This document shows, piece by piece, positions 1 to 7,610 of a stretch of 64,000 nucleotides of DNA; the first letter of the stretch is position 1; each line of letters begins with the position of its first letter. The notes below the pieces were generated by a model. The model was not told the origin of the DNA. It worked only from the letters and a program-made list of their open reading frames with translations, and searched no databases. Origin of the DNA: Myxococcales bacterium (GTDB lineage: Bacteria; Myxococcota_A; Polyangia; Polyangiales; DASUME01); assembly GCA_047601445.1 (NCBI GenBank), contig JASGJH010000001.1, forward strand, positions 2,304,001 through 2,368,000, read 5' to 3'. Made by a program: the position numbers and the translations under genes.

Positions 1-1687
1 CGTCCTCGCCCGACTCCGTGCGCACGTTGCCGATGGCGAGCGGCGCGCGCACGTTGGCCATGAAGCGCCCCAGCGCAGCCCAGCTCAAGTCGTAGAGCTC
101 GAGCTCGATGGCGTGGCCGCCGCTCGAGACCCGCACCAGGCCTGGTTTCACGGGAGCGCTGCCGGGCAGCACGTAGAGCCGGTACTGATCCGTGGTTCGC
201 GCACTGCGCACGAAGCGCGCCCCGCATTCGGTGAGCTGATGGTGAAGCGGCAGCCCTCGCAGGTGTGCCCCCACCACGGCCAAGCGCACCTCGCTGGTCG
301 CGACGGACTGCCCGAAGGTGTGGGCCGGAGCAGGGGAGCGCGAGAGACCCATGCCGCACTCGGAGAGAGCGTGTACCGCCGCGCCCAGGGCATCGAGCTG
401 GTTGTCGCGTCCCGGATGTCCGACCAGGGACAAACCGAACGGCAAGCCATCGGGCCGGAAACCCGCCGGCACGGCCAGCACCGGCACGTCCAGGAAGTTC
501 GCGTAGCGCGTGTAGATGCCCAGCCGATCGTTGATGGCCCGCGGATCGGCCTGGTCGTCACTCAGGCGATAGTGCGTGGGCACCGTGGGCGTAACGATCA
601 GCTCCACCTTGGCCAACTCCTGCATGCAAGCCTCGCGCAGGCGGTCCCGCTCGTAGTGCGCACGAAAGACGTCGGCCCCGTCGAAGCGTTTGGCCCCCAG
701 GATGATCTCACGGGTCACAGGCAAGGCGCTCTCGGGCCGAGCCTCGATGAAGGCCCCGACGGACAGGTAGCGCTCGATCACCCAGGGACCGTAGAGCAAG
801 TCGCCGAGCTCGCGGAAAGGGGAGAAGTCCACGCTGACCGGCCGTCCACCGAGCGAGACCAAGGTCTCCACGGCCCGCGCGAACAAGGCCTCGCTCTCCT
901 TGTCGCCGTACCACTCGAGCTTTTCAGGCACGCCGAAACGAAAGCCATGGCCGAAGGCCCCGTGTTCGTCCGCAGCCTGCGCGCTCTTGCCCACGATGAG
1001 CTCCCGGGCGAGCACGGCATCCGCCACCGAGAGCGAGAACACCGACACACAGTCGAGGCTCTGACAGGCCGGCACCACCCCCTGCGTGGAGAGCAGGCCT
1101 CGGGTGGCCTTCAGACCAACGATGTTGTTGAGCGCGGCAGGAACCCTTCCCGAGCCCGCCGTATCGGTCCCGAGCGCAAGGCTCACGTAGCCGGCAGCCA
1201 CGGCGACCCCGGACCCCGAGCTCGAGCCGCCCGAAAGGTACGCGGGGTCGAACACGTTGCGGCAGGTGCCATACGGCGAGCGCGAACCCACCAGGCCGGT
1301 GGCGAACTGATCCAGGTTGGTCTTTCCGAGGCAGATTGCGCCAGCTTGCTCCAGCGCGATGACGCTCGGCGCCGAAGCGGCTGGTAGGTAAGAAAAGCCC
1401 GGACAGGCCGCGGTGGTGGGCATCCCCGCCACGTCGATGTTGTCTTTTACGCCGAAGGGCACGCCGAACAGCGGCAGATGCCGTGCCTCGGCGAAAGAGC
1501 CCAGCGCGCGGGCCTTGGCGCGGGCCTCCTCCTGCGAGATGAGGTGCGTGAAGGCATGGGGATGTTGGTCGCGCGCGATGCGCTCGTAGAGCACGTCGAT
1601 CAAAGACTCAGGTGTGAGGTCCAGATTCTCGTAAGCGCGCCGCAGCGTTCGAACGTCCAAACTTCCGTCCGTTGCCGTCCATCTCAT
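1..1687 (-). CDS. atzF: Allophanate hydrolase (amidase signature family), 3' end runs off the window
   Basis: Absent from the ORF track because there is no stop in the window. Read by hand from the ATG at 1687: MRWTATDGSLDVRTLRRAY...LPLFGVPFGVKDNIDVAGMPTTAACP...GKTNLDQFATGLVGSRSPYG...GGSSSGS...GTDTAGSGRVPAALNN, followed by the AtzF C-terminal domain (GAHLRGLPLHHQL...ELYDLSWAALGRFMANVRAPLAIG). Confidence 0.92.
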   Translation of the reverse strand, partial: MRWTATDGSLDVRTLRRAYENLDLTPESLIDVLYERIARDQHPHAFTHLISQEEARAKARALGSFAEARHLPLFGVPFGVKDNIDVAGMPTTAACPGFSYLPAASAPSVIALEQAGAICLGKTNLDQFATGLVGSRSPYGTCRNVFDPAYLSGGSSSGSGVAVAAGYVSLALGTDTAGSGRVPAALNNIVGLKATRGLLSTQGVVPACQSLDCVSVFSLSVADAVLARELIVGKSAQAADEHGAFGHGFRFGVPEKLEWYGDKESEALFARAVETLVSLGGRPVSVDFSPFRELGDLLYGPWVIERYLSVGAFIEARPESALPVTREIILGAKRFDGADVFRAHYERDRLREACMQELAKVELIVTPTVPTHYRLSDDQADPRAINDRLGIYTRYANFLDVPVLAVPAGFRPDGLPFGLSLVGHPGRDNQLDALGAAVHALSECGMGLSRSPAPAHTFGQSVATSEVRLAVVGAHLRGLPLHHQLTECGARFVRSARTTDQYRLYVLPGSAPVKPGLVRVSSGGHAIELELYDLSWAALGRFMANVRAPLAIGNVRTESGED

Positions 1688-1699
1688 GTGCCGTTCCCT

Positions 1700-2053
1700 T
1701 CAGAGTATCTCTATCGGCTTCACCCAGATGGCCAGCGCGACGCACCCTTCGGGGCTCGCCACGCGATGGCCAGTGCCGGGACCGTGGATGAGGAGACTGC
1801 CACGCCCGTAGCGCCCGCGCTCATCCTGCTGTGAACCTTCGAGGACCAAGATGTGCTCGAACCCCCTGTGGAGGTGGGCCGGCACACTGGCGCCGGGGGC
1901 ATAACGCAGGAGGGCCGCCGACGACCCATCCTCGCCATCGCGATAAAAGCGGGCGATCTGCACACCCTGGCGGAATGGCTGCCAGTCGAAGTCCGCGTAG
2001 TCCTCGGCGCGCTCGAGAAGGTCTGGAACCAACAGCCTGAAGCCTTCGCTCAT
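1700..2053 (-). CDS. ChrR-like cupin domain protein
   Basis: LLRYAPGASVPAHLHRGFEHILVLEGS...HGPGTGHRV cupin metal-ligand motifs; sits between biuH and atzF with 7- and 12-bp gaps. Confidence 0.85.
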   Translation of the reverse strand: MSEGFRLLVPDLLERAEDYADFDWQPFRQGVQIARFYRDGEDGSSAALLRYAPGASVPAHLHRGFEHILVLEGSQQDERGRYGRGSLLIHGPGTGHRVASPEGCVALAIWVKPIEIL

Positions 2054-2060
2054 TGGACGC

Positions 2061-2747
2061 TCATTTGGTGAGCGCCGCGAGCAGACTGCGTGAGTCCGAG
2101 ACCGCCCCGAAGACGCCGCCCTGCATCTTGATCATGTTGAGGGCTGCCGCGTGATTGGCCGGATCGGTGGCCGCACAGCAGTCGGACAGCAGCACGCACT
2201 CGAAGCCGCGATCGTTGGCCTCGCGCATGGTGGTATGCACACAGACGTCGGTCGTGATGCCGGTAAGGACGATGTTGCGGATGCCGCGCAACTTGAGGAC
2301 CATCTCGAAGTCGGTGGCGTAGAAGCTGCCCTTGCCCGGCTTGTCGATGACAGGCTCTTCCGGCCTAGGCTGGAGCTCGGGAATGATCTCCCAGCCTGGC
2401 TCGCCGCGCACCAGGACCTTGCCGCAGGGCCCAGGGTCACCGATGCCGGCGCCGATCTGGCGCGACCGCCAGCGCTTGTTGGCGGGCAAATCCGCCAGGT
2501 CGGGCCGATGTCCTTCCCGGGTGTGGATGACGTGGTAGCCGAGCTCGCGCATGGCTTGCAGCACGCGACCGATGGGCTCGATGCAGGCGCGCGTGAGCGA
2601 GATGTCGTAACCCATCAGCTCCACGTAGCCGCCCTTCCCGCAGAAGTCGGTCTGCATATCGATGATCACCAACGCGGTGTTCTCGGGTCGTAAATCTCCG
2701 TCGTAAGGCCAGGCGTAAGGTTGAGAGCTCGGGATGGTTCGCGTCAT
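2061..2747 (-). CDS. biuH: Biuret hydrolase (isochorismatase-like cysteine hydrolase)
   Basis: [40 protein letters not shown] and KMQGGVFG motifs giving an Asp-Lys-Cys triad; upstream of allophanate hydrolase. Confidence 0.85.
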   Translation of the reverse strand: MTRTIPSSQPYAWPYDGDLRPENTALVIIDMQTDFCGKGGYVELMGYDISLTRACIEPIGRVLQAMRELGYHVIHTREGHRPDLADLPANKRWRSRQIGAGIGDPGPCGKVLVRGEPGWEIIPELQPRPEEPVIDKPGKGSFYATDFEMVLKLRGIRNIVLTGITTDVCVHTTMREANDRGFECVLLSDCCAATDPANHAAALNMIKMQGGVFGAVSDSRSLLAALTK

Positions 2748-2852
2748 CGAGTCGGTTCCTCGGCGCTCAGACTATCTACCCCTACATTTCGCAATGGAGT
2801 CGTTAACGCATCTTGTACGGCCCGTCGCAGATTAAACGCTTGTGTTACACGG

Positions 2853-2890
2853 AAGAAAAACTGGCGGAGCTAAGTTCCGAGCGCCGCCAG
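2853..2890 (-). terminator. Intrinsic terminator-like hairpin about 105 nt upstream of biuH (possible attenuator)
   Basis: The minus strand reads CTGGCGG-c-GCT-cggaactt-AGC-t-CCGCCAG followed by TTTTTCTT. Confidence 0.5.
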
Positions 2891-2994
2891 ACAGATTGCA
2901 GCTGGAGAGTGCGTTCGGTTTCGCCTGTGCGAACGGACGACGCTGACGGTTTCGTCTGCGCTGAAGCGGCCTACCCCGAAGAGAGGTCCGTTCG

Positions 2995-4413
2995 ATGTCA
3001 GCACGCGATAGACGCCCGTTCAATCGACCCGAAGTACGCCATGGCGCAGTCGAGATCTCCGAGCTTGGGACCACGCCCGAGCGGACTGGACCAGGCGCTC
3101 GACTCCGGAGACTTGGCGCGCTCGCGCTGGCTTCGGCCCTCGGTTTCAGCGCGATTCCAGGGGCCCAAGCCCAGGACCCTGCCCCAGCCCCCGTGGCGCC
3201 AGCCCCCGCTCCGGCGCCCGAGACTCCCGCACCACCGCCGCCGGCCCCCGTCGCGGCACCCGAACCCACTGCCGTCACCCTGGAACCCACCGAGGAGCGC
3301 GCCGCCGAGCCGCCGCAGCCCGAGCAGGACTTGGCGCCGCCCGCAGCGCCGGCCGAGGAACCTTTCAAGCCCAAGCTGACGGTCGGTATCGGTCTGCGCA
3401 CCGGTCTGTCGCTTGAGTTCGCCAACGACAAGACCGTGCTGACGCTCCAGGACAGCCTGGACGGCGGCTTCATGTTTCGTCCGTTCTTCGCCGGCCAGCT
3501 GACGAAGAAGGTCAGCGTGTTCGCGCAGGCCGACGGCAGCCCCACCAGCTTCCACATGATCGATGCTTACGCAGAGCTCGCGTTCTTGCCGCAGCTCTCG
3601 CTGGTGGTCGGTCAGCACATCCCGGCCAACGACCGTAACAACAACTGCGGTCCATTCTTCAACAACAGCTGGAACTTTGCAGCCGTCCACTCTTACCCGA
3701 TGGACGCTGCGGCACGCGACCGCGGCTTCACCCTCTGGGGCATGCTCGGCGGCGGCGTGATCAAGTACCACGCCTCCATGGTCGACCTGCAGCCGGGCAA
3801 TCCCATCAGCAACGCGCGCTACGCCGGCCGCGTCATGTTGAGCTTGCTCTCGCCCGAGAAGGGCTACTACCTGTCTGGCACCTACTTCGGCAAGCAGGAC
3901 GTGCTCTCCATCGGTGGCGTCGCTTCCTATCAGAGCGGCCTCAAGGTCAAGGACGGCGGCCTGCCGAACAACGAGTTCCTCGGTCTCTCGGCGGACCTCC
4001 TGTTCGAGAAGAACCTCGGCGCAGTCGGCACCATCACGGTGGAAGCTGGCTACTGGAACTTCAACGGCACCGGCAAGAACTACAAGGTCCCCGGTGTCAT
4101 GGGAGCCCCGCCCGTCTTCGGCGGTGGCCTCACCGGCTTCGCGGGCGCGCTGAGCGGCAACGTCACGGGTCAGAGCTACGAGGTCGCCGTGTCGTGGCTC
4201 TCACCTCACAAGATCGGCTCGGGGCAGCTGCAGCCCAACGCGCGCATCCAGGGCTTCGACAAGGATGCAGGCGACGTGACCATCCTGGACGCGGGCCTCG
4301 GCTACATCATCGATGGCTACGCCCACCTCTACCGCGTGAACTTCCAGCACGTCACCGTGCCGAACGGCCAGGACTCCAACTCGGTCCAAATCGGCGGGCA
4401 GTTCCTGCTCTGA
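2995..4413 (+). CDS. Outer-membrane porin, OprO/OprP-like, resembling short-chain amide/urea porins
   Basis: GAGAGG RBS; signal peptide ending GAQA; Pro/Ala linker; alternating amphipathic beta strands; MIDAY, DRNNNCGPF and RDRG motifs; C-terminal QIGGQFLL. Start position is uncertain. Confidence 0.7.
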   Translation: MSARDRRPFNRPEVRHGAVEISELGTTPERTGPGARLRRLGALALASALGFSAIPGAQAQDPAPAPVAPAPAPAPETPAPPPPAPVAAPEPTAVTLEPTEERAAEPPQPEQDLAPPAAPAEEPFKPKLTVGIGLRTGLSLEFANDKTVLTLQDSLDGGFMFRPFFAGQLTKKVSVFAQADGSPTSFHMIDAYAELAFLPQLSLVVGQHIPANDRNNNCGPFFNNSWNFAAVHSYPMDAAARDRGFTLWGMLGGGVIKYHASMVDLQPGNPISNARYAGRVMLSLLSPEKGYYLSGTYFGKQDVLSIGGVASYQSGLKVKDGGLPNNEFLGLSADLLFEKNLGAVGTITVEAGYWNFNGTGKNYKVPGVMGAPPVFGGGLTGFAGALSGNVTGQSYEVAVSWLSPHKIGSGQLQPNARIQGFDKDAGDVTILDAGLGYIIDGYAHLYRVNFQHVTVPNGQDSNSVQIGGQFLL

Positions 4414-4484
4414 AGTCGGAGCCCGGCCCCCAAGTCGCGTGACTCCGCGTGAACGACCCACGGGCTCTGTGGCGGTGGGTGGGT

Positions 4485-4534
4485 CCCGTCGCGGCCCTTG
4501 CCGCGACGGGCGGGGAGGTCGCGTGACCTCCCCG
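4485..4534. terminator. Two back-to-back perfect hairpins between convergent genes
   Basis: CCCGTCGCGGC-cctt-GCCGCGACGGG (11-bp stem) immediately followed by CGGGGAGGTC-gcgt-GACCTCCCCG (10-bp stem); no U-tract. Confidence 0.5.
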
Positions 4535-4546
4535 TGAAGACCGCCC

Positions 4547-4984
4547 TCAGGTCTTCTGGTAGGGCGTGGGCTGGTAAGGCACGGGCCATACGTGCATGAG
4601 CCAGTAGATCGGCAGCGCGAAGGGCCCACACAGCACGAAGGCAGCGATCCACAGAGCCCGCTCGTCCGCTCGGATGCGCGGGTTGTTGCCCAGGAGCGCG
4701 CCGAAGATGAGCAGCGTGAAGAACCCGGTCGCGATCAGCATGCCGATGCTGAAGACCGCCAGAAACGGGCTCAAGCTGAACAACCCCTGGGGCAAGAGCG
4801 CGGTCCCCGTGACCACGAACAGGACCAGGCTGGCGGCGAGCAAGGTGCCCATCAGGATGCCGATGCGCATGGTGGGGCTCATGGCCTCGGCGCAGAAATC
4901 AGGCCGACGATCGGTGGGTTCGGCCACGTGGACGCGCTCATCCGCCGCGGTGTGCATGGCGCCGTCGTAGATGTGGTGCTGCAT
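4547..4984 (-). CDS. Small multi-pass membrane protein
   Basis: AGGAGG RBS before the ATG at 4984; three hydrophobic segments; C-terminal RALWIAAFVLCGPFALPIYW resembles PLDc_N-type hairpins. Confidence 0.65.
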   Translation of the reverse strand: MQHHIYDGAMHTAADERVHVAEPTDRRPDFCAEAMSPTMRIGILMGTLLAASLVLFVVTGTALLPQGLFSLSPFLAVFSIGMLIATGFFTLLIFGALLGNNPRIRADERALWIAAFVLCGPFALPIYWLMHVWPVPYQPTPYQKT

Positions 4985-5122
4985 GGCTGAGTCCTCCTGT
5001 TCCCGAACAGGTGAACACAGGCCTCGGAAGCGCAAGCGGCCACAAGGGGCGCAAGTGGGCGGCTGGACGGGAGAACGTGCGGAGTTGACTCGGGGTGGGC
5101 GCCTCCGCTACGCATGCGGGCG

Positions 5123-6040
5123 ATGAAACAGCTCGTACCCGTGATTTTGGTGGTCCTGGGCGCTGGCAGCTCGGCCTGTGCCGGCAACCAGCTCCAACCC
5201 GTGATGGCGTCGTCGGCCGAATCCACTCCCTATGCAGTGAGCTATCCGGCGGACCTGGAGGCCACGCGCACCCTGCTCGCCGAGGAAAAGACGCAGGCGC
5301 AGAGCCTGTCCGCGGGCCTGGCAGCCCAGACCAAGGATTTGAAGACCCCGCTCGACACCGAGCTGGCGCTGCGCATCGTGGATGCCGCCGACGAGGCCGG
5401 TGAGAGCGAAGGCTACGCTCGGGCCCGCGCCCAGGAGCGCGCCGTGCGCGAGTTTTGGGAAGCGGAGCGCGGCCCCATCGGTTCGCGCGTGAACGGCGCG
5501 GTCCAGCAGAAGGCCAGCGAAGCCAAGTGCGAGAACACGGAGGGGCTCACGAGCTCGGTGTCGTACGCACTGCGCGAGGGCGTGGACAAGCAGCTGGAGC
5601 GTCGCTTGCGGTCCCAAAACGAGGCTCACCTCTTGATCGAGCGCAACAAGTCGAGCCTGGGTGCCAACGTGGCGCCGCTGCAGAAGCTGGCCGACGACGT
5701 CACCGTGAACAGCTATCTGGTGAACAACGCGCTGATCGAAGACTCGAATCGAATCTCCCGAATGTTGTCCGAGCGACGAACCGTCGAGCGCACGCTCGAT
5801 GACGCGATCGAAGAGGAGACACGGCCGCCTACGGGCCCGCAAACGCCCGCCGAACGCAAGGCGTCGGCCGAGCGGCTCGCCGAACTGACGAAAGCGCGCG
5901 ACGCCCTATCGAGCGCCGCGGCCAATGCGGAGGGTGAGATCAAGACCAGCCAAGAGCAGGTGAAGACGGCGCAATCCGAATACGACGCGGCGCTCTCGGC
6001 GCTGCGGGACGAGCTGCGAAAGCTGTCGCTAGCACGCTGA
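5123..6040 (+). CDS. Hypothetical coiled-coil (lipo)protein
   Basis: Signal peptide MKQLVPVILVVLGAGSSAC (possible lipobox); alpha-helical heptad-rich body; typical codon usage. Confidence 0.75.
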   Translation: MKQLVPVILVVLGAGSSACAGNQLQPVMASSAESTPYAVSYPADLEATRTLLAEEKTQAQSLSAGLAAQTKDLKTPLDTELALRIVDAADEAGESEGYARARAQERAVREFWEAERGPIGSRVNGAVQQKASEAKCENTEGLTSSVSYALREGVDKQLERRLRSQNEAHLLIERNKSSLGANVAPLQKLADDVTVNSYLVNNALIEDSNRISRMLSERRTVERTLDDAIEEETRPPTGPQTPAERKASAERLAELTKARDALSSAAANAEGEIKTSQEQVKTAQSEYDAALSALRDELRKLSLAR

Positions 6041-6191
6041 ACGCACGCTTGCCGCCGAAAGCTGCGGCACAGTCCACGTTGGCAGCACGAGCGAACGAAC
6101 TGTCGACGTCCTCGAACACGCCGCTAGAGCGGCGCCGACGCGCAGCGCGCGAGCGACTCCGGAAAAACCGCGTAGGTTTGAATGGAGGGGG

Positions 6192-7514
6192 TTGTCGCGC
6201 GTGCAAGCAGGTCGTCATACGCTGCGGCGAAGCTTCCTCTGGCTCGGCTCCGCTTCCGCGCTGTCGCGCCTTGTGGACTTGGCGGCCATCGTCATCGTCC
6301 TGCGCTTCGTCTCGGCGAGCGCCGTGGGCGCGGCGTCGGCAGCCTGGACCATCACCACGCTGCTGGAACCGTTCGCCAGCTTGGGCGTGGGCTACGCGAT
6401 CCTCACCATGCGGCGCCTCGATCGCCGCACCATCGACGCCGCGGTCTGGCTCTCGTTGGTAGGCGGACTGTTGTTCGCGGGGCTGGTCGCAGCCGGCGCG
6501 GAGTTCGCTGGCTCGCTGTTCGGTGCGCCGCAGGTGGCCCCGCTGATCGCCATCGGCGGCCTCAAACTCATCCCGGTCGCCGTGGCGGCCGTGCCTCAGC
6601 AGCGGCTGGCGCGTGCGCTCCGACATCGTGAGCTGGCGGCAGCCAGCACGGTGGCGACCTTGCTCTCCGCGATCAGCCGCGTGGTCTTCGCCACGCTGGG
6701 CTTCGAGGCGTGGTCGTTCGTGCTCTCGCAACACGTGTACGCCGTGACCCTGGCCGGCTGCCTCTGGGCGATGGTGCCCTTCAAGCCTCGCTTCAACACC
6801 TACCCGCGCGCCGTCGAGCGTCTGCTCACGCTGGGATTGCCCACGAGTGCGGGCGCGTCGGTCGGCCTGTTGGCGCGCAACCTGGACATGCTCTTCGTGA
6901 GCCGCTGGTTCGGCCTGGAGGCATTGGGCCTGTATCGCGTGGCCTTCGATCTGGCGGTCGCGCCGCTGGTCGCCATCGGCGACGTCATCGCGCGCTCGGC
7001 GGCGCCCACGCTACGTCGCTTGATCCGGGACCCGAAGGGCCTGAGCTCGACCTTCGAGTATTCGGTGAAGCTGGCCACCCTGGTTTGCCTGCCCATCGCC
7101 GGCTTCGTGGCCAGCCTGGCGCCGCTGCTCCTCACCTGGGCCAAGGACCCCACCTTCGTCGCCGCCGCGCCGGCCGCGCGCCTGTTGGTGTTGGCGGGCC
7201 TCTTGCTCGTGGTGTTCGGGCTCTACGGCCCGCTGGCCCAGGCCATCGGCAACCCCGAGCTGGGCCTGTGGTCGAACCTGGAGCTGTTCGTGCTGCTCGC
7301 CACCAGTCTCTGGGTCTGCCTCTCTCTGTTCGGGCCCTTCCTGTCCATTAGTGCCGCGGCCATCGCGTGGTGCGTGGCACTTTGCACCGCCCTGCTCCTC
7401 ACGCGGCATCGCTTCCGACGCGTGCTGTCGCAAAAACGCGCCAAATCGAGGCCGCCTTCGCTCACAGAGTCCGGCGAACGCCTATCCAGCGCGGCCTATC
7501 GACGCGTGATTTGA
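6192..7514 (+). CDS. Oligosaccharide flippase (Wzx/PST family)
   Basis: About 12 TM segments; SLGVGYAIL, RNLDMLFVSRWFGLEALGLYRVAFDLA are PST-type motifs. Confidence 0.85.
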   Translation: MSRVQAGRHTLRRSFLWLGSASALSRLVDLAAIVIVLRFVSASAVGAASAAWTITTLLEPFASLGVGYAILTMRRLDRRTIDAAVWLSLVGGLLFAGLVAAGAEFAGSLFGAPQVAPLIAIGGLKLIPVAVAAVPQQRLARALRHRELAAASTVATLLSAISRVVFATLGFEAWSFVLSQHVYAVTLAGCLWAMVPFKPRFNTYPRAVERLLTLGLPTSAGASVGLLARNLDMLFVSRWFGLEALGLYRVAFDLAVAPLVAIGDVIARSAAPTLRRLIRDPKGLSSTFEYSVKLATLVCLPIAGFVASLAPLLLTWAKDPTFVAAAPAARLLVLAGLLLVVFGLYGPLAQAIGNPELGLWSNLELFVLLATSLWVCLSLFGPFLSISAAAIAWCVALCTALLLTRHRFRRVLSQKRAKSRPPSLTESGERLSSAAYRRVI

Positions 7515-7610
7515 GCCGCGCCCAGCTTCGATAGCGGCGGCCTGCAGCGGAACACCAACGTCGTTGCGCAAGAGCCGAAAAGCGGGGGAACATGCTAGGC
7601 AGCCCTGAGC

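Noticed and set aside
113..1387. 424-aa plus-strand ORF
   Set aside because: Antisense shadow of atzF; the real gene is on the minus strand and runs off the window.
4485..4534. Twin hairpins as a guanidine-II riboswitch
   Set aside because: The loops are not ACGR on either strand, and the element lies 3' of both flanking genes.
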